From Bacteroidia bacterium (GTDB taxonomy: Bacteria > Bacteroidota > Bacteroidia > 2-12-FULL-35-15), in the NCBI GenBank assembly GCA_035696085.1, contig DASRRA010000002.1, positions 1 through 35,979 on the forward strand: DNA of 35,979 nucleotides. The letters are read 5' to 3'. The notes under the pieces are model-generated. The model was given only the letters and a program-made list of their open reading frames with translations. It had not been told where the DNA came from and did not search any database. A program made the translations under genes and the position numbers. Shown here piece after piece: positions 25,225-32,028 of this stretch. Positions within the stretch are counted from its first letter, which is position 1. The number at the start of each line of letters is the position of its first letter.

Positions 25225-25868
25225 TAACATTATTACACCCTTCGAGGGGACGGGCAATTAAGGCAAAGGCAACAAGGAATCAATGGCTTGAAAAGGCAAG
25301 CGGAGACCATGAGATAGAGCATATTGTTAGTATAGATTTTGATGATCAGGATAAATTAAATTATGTATTCGCTGAGTCTACAATACTTTGCTTTCATAAT
25401 GAAAGTGTGGTGGATGCTACCAATAGGGCAGCAAAAGAATCTACAGGGGATATTCTAGTTTACTTGTCCGATGATTTTAAGTGCCCGGATAATTGGGATA
25501 AGCTAATAGAGCAGAGGTTAGTAAGAGCCAATAAAACTATAGATGATTTATGGTTAATGAAAGTTGATGACTGTTTACAAAAATATGAAGTACCGGTTCT
25601 TACGATTCCGATTATGTCAAGGGCTTTATATAATAAGCTAGGGTACTTTTGGAATCCTTTATACAAGTCAATGTTTGTAGATGAAGATTTATATTGGGTA
25701 TGTAAAAATAATAATTGGATTATAGATGCTCCTGAATTGAAGTTTCCACATGAGCATCCATGTAATGGCAAGGCAGAGAATGACGAAACATATAAAAGGA
25801 GTTCAGCTAATTGGGAGCAAGGCAAAGAAGTATTTAGAAAACGTAAAATAGCAAACTTCCCTTTATGA
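25221..25868 (+). CDS. GT-A-fold glycosyltransferase
   Basis: First ATG is at 25221 (the ORF track starts at TTG 25206). MITLLHPSRGR, SIDFDDQ and GDILVYLSDDFKCPDNWD (DxD-type). Confidence 0.55.
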   Translation: MITLLHPSRGRAIKAKATRNQWLEKASGDHEIEHIVSIDFDDQDKLNYVFAESTILCFHNESVVDATNRAAKESTGDILVYLSDDFKCPDNWDKLIEQRLVRANKTIDDLWLMKVDDCLQKYEVPVLTIPIMSRALYNKLGYFWNPLYKSMFVDEDLYWVCKNNNWIIDAPELKFPHEHPCNGKAENDETYKRSSANWEQGKEVFRKRKIANFPL

Positions 25869-26434
25869 TTTTATCTATACTTATACCTACTCTTCCAGAT
25901 AGAAAAGATTTCTTAAATGAAATGCTAACTAATATTAATAAGCAGGTAAGCTCATTAAATGCAGGAGATAAAGTAGAGGTGCTAATAGATGACAGAGGGA
26001 GAGAGTTTACAACCGGAACAAAAAGAAATTCTTTACTGGAACAGTCAAAAGGGAAGTATACATGGTTTGTAGATGATGATGATTTCATTTGGGAGTACTC
26101 AATAGCCGAAATATTGAAAGCCTCTGAAACTGATTCTGATGTTATAGGGATTAACGGCTTAATGACTACAGATAATAAGAACCCTGTTCAATGGTACATA
26201 GCTTTAGGATATGAGTATAAAGCCGAAATGCAAAACGGCAAGGAAGTTTATTTAAGATTTCCTAATCACATTACCCCGATGAAAAGGGAGCATGCGATTA
26301 GAGTTAAGTTCCCTAATAAGACAGTCTTTGAAGATTACGAATGGGCAAGTGCTTTAAGGGATGCAGGATATTTAAAAACACAGGTTAAAATAGATAGACC
26401 AATCTATCATTACAGATGCAGGACAAAAAAATAA
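25865..26434 (+). CDS. family 2 glycosyltransferase
   Basis: LSILIPTLPDRKDFL...L.NI..Q, then TKRNSLLEQSKGKYTWFVDDDDF (the classic GT2 N-terminal signature and DxD). Confidence 0.8.
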   Translation: MILSILIPTLPDRKDFLNEMLTNINKQVSSLNAGDKVEVLIDDRGREFTTGTKRNSLLEQSKGKYTWFVDDDDFIWEYSIAEILKASETDSDVIGINGLMTTDNKNPVQWYIALGYEYKAEMQNGKEVYLRFPNHITPMKREHAIRVKFPNKTVFEDYEWASALRDAGYLKTQVKIDRPIYHYRCRTKK

Positions 26435-26682
26435 ATATAGGCAAACTTATTTTAGAAGAGCTAAAAAAGCAAGGGATGTCAAAGTCTGAACTTGCAAGGA
26501 GGTCTTTTATAAGTAAACAAAACCTTAATAATATATTCAAAAGAGAGACTATTAATACAATGCTATTACTTCAAATAGGTACAGCGTTAAACCATAATTT
26601 CTTTAGATACTATAATTCACAATATTTAGAATTAACAAACGAACCATGTACAGCCAAAACCAAGAAGAAGAACACATACTGA
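26416..26682 (+). CDS. XRE-type helix-turn-helix protein
   Basis: IGKLILEELKKQGMSKSELARRSFISKQNLNNIFK. Overlaps both flanking enzyme genes (19 nt and 37 nt). Confidence 0.65.
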   Translation: MQDKKINIGKLILEELKKQGMSKSELARRSFISKQNLNNIFKRETINTMLLLQIGTALNHNFFRYYNSQYLELTNEPCTAKTKKKNTY

Positions 26683-27248
26683 ATTACTTTAAGGATTACA
26701 AAGGAACCCTTTTAGATATTGGAGCCAATGACGGTAAGACTTTTTCTAATTCCCTAAGATTAATAGAATTAGGTTGGAAGGCTTATTTAGTTGAACCATC
26801 TCCTAAAGCGTTTGAGAAACTTTCAAAACTTCATGCTAATAATAAAAGCGTTGAATGTGTTCCGGTGGCTATTGGTGAAGGAAACTCTAAAGCAATCTTA
26901 GCGGAAAGCGGATGGCATTTAAACCACAAATCAGATGTGGCCTTACTTAGTACTCTTATTCCTGAAGAGAAAAAAAGATGGGATAAAGTAGCCTTTGAAG
27001 ATAAAGAGGTTGAAGTAGTGGATTATAAAACCTTTACCGAGCTTGTTGATTGTAAATGCTTTGACTTTATTTCCATTGATGCGGAAGGAATGGATTGGCA
27101 GATACTTTCCCAAATAGATTTATCGGATACTAAGATGTTGTGTATAGAAACAAACTCCGTAGAAACAGAAAAATATATTAACTACTGTATAGGGTTTGGA
27201 ATGAGATTGATTTATAAGAATGCGGAAAATATAATAATGGCTAAATGA
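26646..27248 (+). CDS. FkbM-family methyltransferase
   Basis: GTLLDIGANDGKTFSNS...YLVEPSPKAFEKL...ISIDAEGMD. Confidence 0.75.
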   Translation: MYSQNQEEEHILNYFKDYKGTLLDIGANDGKTFSNSLRLIELGWKAYLVEPSPKAFEKLSKLHANNKSVECVPVAIGEGNSKAILAESGWHLNHKSDVALLSTLIPEEKKRWDKVAFEDKEVEVVDYKTFTELVDCKCFDFISIDAEGMDWQILSQIDLSDTKMLCIETNSVETEKYINYCIGFGMRLIYKNAENIIMAK

Positions 27249-27952
27249 AAAGGACAGTAGTAAGTTTTGCTGATGGTGTAGGTAGTTATGCGAAAGCTCT
27301 AATGAGATTAGAGCAAAGCCTAAAACAAGTAGAGTTTGATGGTAATTTCAAAGGCATAAACGATTATGGACACATAGGAAGTCCATTGCATAAAGGGCAC
27401 CCCAACTGTGTGCCATATGCTTTTAAAGCTTTATCTATAAAGAAAGCGATAGATGAGGGAGCAGAACTTTTGTTATGGTGCGATTCAGTTGTTTATGCAA
27501 CAAAATCATTAAATCACCTATTTACAGAAATTCGCCAGAAAGGGTATATCTTTTTTGATAATGTTGGTTTTTCTATTGGTGATTATACAAGTGATAATTG
27601 TTTGCGTCACTTTGGAATGAGTAGAGAGGAATCATTTAATTCTAAAATGATTATGGCTTGTGTTATGGGATTTGATGTTACTAATCCTCAAACTAAAAAA
27701 TTTTTAGATAAATATATAAGCGCAGCATTAGATGGTATTTCTTACCATGGAGACTGGCATAATAATAACCTACAAGTTTCTCAGGACATGAGGGTGAAGG
27801 GCCACAGACATGATCAATCAGTGGCAAGTGTTTTGATTAAGCAAATGGGTTTAGATATTACACACGCTCAGAGCACTTATTTTGCTTATAGTTCACATAA
27901 AGGCTTAGTGCCTATTTCAGATAAGGTTTGTTTATGGTCGGAGGGAATATGA
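27245..27952 (+). CDS. hypothetical protein, GT-A-like nucleotide-sugar transferase candidate
   Basis: VPYAFKALSIKKAI...ELLLWCDSVVYATKSLNHLF (GT8-like layout with CDS in place of DxD) and KGHRHDQSVASVL. Confidence 0.5.
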   Translation: MKRTVVSFADGVGSYAKALMRLEQSLKQVEFDGNFKGINDYGHIGSPLHKGHPNCVPYAFKALSIKKAIDEGAELLLWCDSVVYATKSLNHLFTEIRQKGYIFFDNVGFSIGDYTSDNCLRHFGMSREESFNSKMIMACVMGFDVTNPQTKKFLDKYISAALDGISYHGDWHNNNLQVSQDMRVKGHRHDQSVASVLIKQMGLDITHAQSTYFAYSSHKGLVPISDKVCLWSEGI

Positions 27953-28221
27953 TTAAACTAGAAGATATTTTCAGGAAGGCTTTAAAAAATAAAAATGCAA
28001 CTGTTTCACCAATGTTTGATGGATTGACATTTTATATTGATGGCGTCTTTTGCGAAATAAAAATACAAAACTCTAGTATTAATTTAAAATATAATCTTAC
28101 ATATTCAATTACAGAAGAAATCTCAACAGAGATAAGAGAAGCATTAATTATTGCATTTGTTAAAAAGAGAGACGAGGAATACGATAAGATTCTAGAGAAA
28201 ATTTTAAATGGTCTACAATGA
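27949..28221 (+). CDS. hypothetical protein
   Basis: GGAGGG precedes the ATG at 27949, which overlaps the upstream TGA. 90 aa. Confidence 0.45.
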   Translation: MIKLEDIFRKALKNKNATVSPMFDGLTFYIDGVFCEIKIQNSSINLKYNLTYSITEEISTEIREALIIAFVKKRDEEYDKILEKILNGLQ

Positions 28222-28807
28222 ATTTAAAAATAAATATATGGGTGTAACTGGGTTTAGTATTAATTTACTTGAAAAGTATAAAGGAGATTCAAAAAGTGTA
28301 TGTGAACTAGGGGCACAAAATCTTTATGATAAAGATTACGGAACTGAGAAGGGACCGTATGCTAATGTGTACTATAATTCAAATGGAATAGAATACACAT
28401 TTATAGATGTTTCTAAAGAAAATAATTCACTAGATATTGATCTTTCAAAACCTCAGACATTCACAGAGGTTTATGACCTTGTTACTGACTTCGGAACTTC
28501 AGAGCATGTTAGTGATAGTTATAATTGTGCCAAGGCAATTCATGATCTAGTTAAGGTTGGTGGAACGGTCATTCAGGAAAACCCAAAGACTGGGAATTGG
28601 CCAGGGCATGGGTTCCATTATAAGACAAAAGCATTCTATGAGAAATTAGCATCATCAAATGGATATGAGATTTTAGAACTTGGAGAACATCCTGCAATGG
28701 GAAATAATACAAACGGTTGGAATGTTTATTGTGTTTGGAAGAAAATAAAAGATAATAATTTTATATCTAAGGCTAGGTTTAAAGAACTTGATTTAAGGAG
28801 TGCATAA
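28208..28807 (+). CDS. class I SAM-dependent methyltransferase-like protein
   Basis: SVCELGAQN (motif I-like) and YDLVTDFGTSEHV...GGTVI. Confidence 0.5.
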   Translation: MVYNEFKNKYMGVTGFSINLLEKYKGDSKSVCELGAQNLYDKDYGTEKGPYANVYYNSNGIEYTFIDVSKENNSLDIDLSKPQTFTEVYDLVTDFGTSEHVSDSYNCAKAIHDLVKVGGTVIQENPKTGNWPGHGFHYKTKAFYEKLASSNGYEILELGEHPAMGNNTNGWNVYCVWKKIKDNNFISKARFKELDLRSA

Positions 28808-28829
28808 GATTACAACATTATAAGTGGAT

Positions 28830-29033
28830 ATGAGAATAAGGATAACAGAAAATATATTTATTACATACGAGGTGTTATCTAAATACATGATTATAAACAA
28901 TGATCCTAGAGTATGGAAGAATGTTTCAGTTTTAAAGGGAACAGAGTTTGATGTAGTTGATAATTGCATAGAGATTGAAGGCAAACATTTTCCACTTAGA
29001 ATGTTTAAATATGAAGTTATCAGCCATATATAA
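28830..29033 (+). CDS. hypothetical small protein
   Basis: 67 aa from the first ATG. Overlaps the next gene by 23 nt. Coding status uncertain. Confidence 0.35.
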   Translation: MRIRITENIFITYEVLSKYMIINNDPRVWKNVSVLKGTEFDVVDNCIEIEGKHFPLRMFKYEVISHI

Positions 29034-29772
29034 TTGTTGGGATAGTGAAGAGTTATTAAAGGGTTCAATAGAGCAAATATATAATTCAGTCGATCTTATT
29101 ATTATTGTTTGGCAGGACGTTTCCAACTTTGGAGAATCTTATAGCCCAATGCCACGAATAATAAAAGATGGTATTGATAAACTTGGTAAGGTAATATTTA
29201 GTAAGTACGTCCCAGCCTTAAATAATGGGTTCAAAAACGAGATCAATAAAAGGCATTTAGGACTCGAGATAGCAAAGAAGAATAGCTGTACACATTTTTT
29301 ACATTTAGATTGTGATGAGTATTATGATACTAACGAATTTGAAAAAGCAAAGAGTTATTTTTTAAACAGTGGGCATAGTGGGTCCGCCTGTAAGATGTGG
29401 ACCTATTTTAAAAATCCTACTTTCAGGCTAGACACTCCTGAAGGTTATCACGTCCCGTTTATTCACAAATTAAAAAGCCACACGAGAGCCGGATATAAAA
29501 CCTATCCTTATTACTGTGATCCTACACGTAGAATAAATGAAACCGATGTTATAGAACTGGATATAATGATGCATCACTTTAGCTGGGTTCGGGAAAACAT
29601 AGATAGGAAGGTTAATAATTCAAGTGCTAAATCTAGTTTATTGAATGGTACTCTTTTAAAAGATTATCATTCCACTATTTTGTGGAACACTCCTGAAGGT
29701 TATTACATAAAAGACTTTGACAAAAGAATTAAATTAGTAGAAAATAAATTCAATGTCAAAATCCCGCTTTAA
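29011..29772 (+). CDS. GT-A-fold (family 2-like) glycosyltransferase
   Basis: First ATG is at 29011. LSAIYNCWDSEELLKGSIEQIYNSVDLIIIVWQDVSNFG and FLHLDCDEYYD (DxD). Confidence 0.5.
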   Translation: MKLSAIYNCWDSEELLKGSIEQIYNSVDLIIIVWQDVSNFGESYSPMPRIIKDGIDKLGKVIFSKYVPALNNGFKNEINKRHLGLEIAKKNSCTHFLHLDCDEYYDTNEFEKAKSYFLNSGHSGSACKMWTYFKNPTFRLDTPEGYHVPFIHKLKSHTRAGYKTYPYYCDPTRRINETDVIELDIMMHHFSWVRENIDRKVNNSSAKSSLLNGTLLKDYHSTILWNTPEGYYIKDFDKRIKLVENKFNVKIPL

Positions 29773-31018
29773 GGTCTTCAATTTATTTAAAGAAAAAGCT
29801 CCTAAAGCTATCCAGGAGAAGGCGGTAGGAATATTGAAGTGGGGTGCAAGAAATAATTTTCCACAGGAAACAATACAAACTATTTACAACAGCCCTACAG
29901 CTTCAGCCTGTATGGACACGTACATTGATTTTCTAGAGGGCGATGGAATTACACAGGAAGAAATAGCCACATTCAAAGTAAATAAATCTCAAACACTTGA
30001 CGAGCTTCATTCTCAAATTTCACCGGATGAGGGATATTTAGAAGGATTTGCCATAGTTGTTAAGTATAATGAGTTTGGCGAGAAGATAGAACTTAAACAC
30101 CTTCCATTAGAATCAGTAAGGCTTGGTATTCCTGATGACTTTGGTTTTATTTCTAAGATTTATTATAATCCTTTTTACGGAACGAATGAATGGAAAGAAA
30201 TTGAAACTATTGTTTATGATACCTACAACCCAAAGAAAGAAGTAGTACTTCAACAGTGGGCAGAGCAAGGATCAAAGTATAACGGGCAAGTTTATTATTG
30301 TGCTACAGAAAAACCTTTAAATAGATTTTATCCACTCCCTTATTATCAAGGGGGCCTTAAGTGGTTTATTATAGATCATAAAATAGGGATGTTTCATGAA
30401 AGAAATATAGATAATAACTTTCTTTTATCAGTTCTTTTTAAAATGGTTGGCGATCCTGATGAAGCGCTTGAGCACGATAAAGAAGGGAATGTTACCAAAA
30501 CAGTTGGACAAGCATTTGACGAGTTCATGCAAAACGGTTTTTCAGGTGCAGAAAATGGTGGAATGTCTATGGCTCTATGGTCTAAGTTAAAAGAGCAAAT
30601 GCCAGAAATACAAGCGTTTCCAAGCTCTACAAATCACGAACTATTTATTGCTCTTCAGCAATTAACAATAGACAATATTTCAATAACTACTAAAGTTCCT
30701 CCAATTCTTGCAAATATTCAGGTAGCAGGTAAACTTGGAAACTCTCAGGAGATTGTCAACTCTGTTAAGTTAATGTATCAGAGAGTAAATAAAAAACAAA
30801 GAAAACTAGAGAGGGCCTATAAAGAACTTTTAACAGGGTTCCTAAATGCTCCTATAGTTAATGAATTAACAATAAGAAATATTAATCCGGTTGATGTTAT
30901 CCCTCCTGAAGTATGGGCTTCATTAACTTTATCAGAACAAAGAAAATTCATTGAGAACAATTACGACATAGAGCTAGAGGAAACGGTAGTGAAGGAGGAA
31001 ACAACTAATGCCTTGTAG
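29753..31018 (+). CDS. putative portal protein
   Basis: 421 aa, a size appropriate for a portal, with an acidic C-terminus. It is the only remaining candidate for a portal in the window. Family not verified. Confidence 0.45.
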   Translation: MSKSRFKVFNLFKEKAPKAIQEKAVGILKWGARNNFPQETIQTIYNSPTASACMDTYIDFLEGDGITQEEIATFKVNKSQTLDELHSQISPDEGYLEGFAIVVKYNEFGEKIELKHLPLESVRLGIPDDFGFISKIYYNPFYGTNEWKEIETIVYDTYNPKKEVVLQQWAEQGSKYNGQVYYCATEKPLNRFYPLPYYQGGLKWFIIDHKIGMFHERNIDNNFLLSVLFKMVGDPDEALEHDKEGNVTKTVGQAFDEFMQNGFSGAENGGMSMALWSKLKEQMPEIQAFPSSTNHELFIALQQLTIDNISITTKVPPILANIQVAGKLGNSQEIVNSVKLMYQRVNKKQRKLERAYKELLTGFLNAPIVNELTIRNINPVDVIPPEVWASLTLSEQRKFIENNYDIELEETVVKEETTNAL

Positions 31019-31592
31019 AACATTATTTATATCACAAGAAGATTTTAAAGAGAGGGTTGATCTTTCAGATAACGTCCTATCAAAATATATTATTCCTAAC
31101 ATAGCAAGTGTTCAGGATAGATATATTAAAAAAATCCTTTGCAAAGATTTCTATGATGAATTAATCTATCAAATAGATAATGATTCTTTAACTACAGAGA
31201 ATGAAACTTTAGTAGATGACTATATTAAACCAGCTATGGTTTTTAGGTCCTACGCTAGATATTTAGCTACTGCAAATGTTTATTCTACTCCTTCAGGGTT
31301 CAGGAAATTCAAAGAAGATAACAGCGATTCAGCAGATGCGGCAGACATGGCAGCCTTTTTAAATCAGGCTAATTCAGATGCAACATTTTATGAGAGAGAA
31401 TTATTTGAGTTCCTAGAAAACAACTTAGATGATTATGCAACTTATAGAGACGAATGCAAATGTTCTAATATTAAATCAATAACAAATTTCAAAATAAGTG
31501 CTATAGGTGCAGGGTATAAAAAAGACCCTTATAAAAATCCTAACAATCCATTTTATAACGACTATTTAGATGATAACGGTAACCCAAGATAG
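31008..31592 (+). CDS. hypothetical virion protein (possible head-tail adaptor)
   Basis: Follows the portal-like gene with an 11-nt overlap. 194 aa. Confidence 0.5.
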   Translation: MPCRTLFISQEDFKERVDLSDNVLSKYIIPNIASVQDRYIKKILCKDFYDELIYQIDNDSLTTENETLVDDYIKPAMVFRSYARYLATANVYSTPSGFRKFKEDNSDSADAADMAAFLNQANSDATFYERELFEFLENNLDDYATYRDECKCSNIKSITNFKISAIGAGYKKDPYKNPNNPFYNDYLDDNGNPR

Positions 31593-32028
31593 CACTAATA
31601 AAATAATGCTTAAGGTTACTACAGCAATTAGTAGCCCATATTTTCTTATAAATTTTACTAACTGTTATACAAACAGGAGTACGGTAGCTTTATTTCAAAA
31701 CAGAAATTCTAATGGTTCATACTATTTAATTTGGATTGTAGAAGTAGGGGAAAATGGGACTGAAGACAAAGTAAATGGACAGTTAAAGTTGGGTCCGTCG
31801 GGAGATTGGCAAGCTGATGTTTATGTTCAGTCAAGCTCAATGAATTTAAATACTAATCAGGCTACATTTATAGAAACTATAGATGTAATAGTTAAATCTT
31901 CAGGATGTGTTTATACTTCAGATGATGATGCTTGTCCTGATATTACAGAAATAGATGGAGGCTCTTTGGCTTTAGGTGATTCACAATTTTCAGTGGTCAA
32001 TGGACTTTTAGACGGATGTAGTTTATAA
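31570..32028 (+). CDS. hypothetical virion protein
   Basis: 152 aa, beta-rich. TAATG coupling to the tail fibre gene. Confidence 0.5.
   Translation: MITVTQDSTNKIMLKVTTAISSPYFLINFTNCYTNRSTVALFQNRNSNGSYYLIWIVEVGENGTEDKVNGQLKLGPSGDWQADVYVQSSSMNLNTNQATFIETIDVIVKSSGCVYTSDDDACPDITEIDGGSLALGDSQFSVVNGLLDGCSL

Noticed and set aside
24229-29772. Interpretation of the transferase cassette as a captured host capsule/O-antigen locus
   Set aside because: It has no flippase, polymerase, chain-length regulator, exporter, initiating transferase or sugar-nucleotide synthesis genes. Its gene density, overlaps, strand and AT-richness look the same as the rest of the phage, so there is no visible sign of recent host origin.
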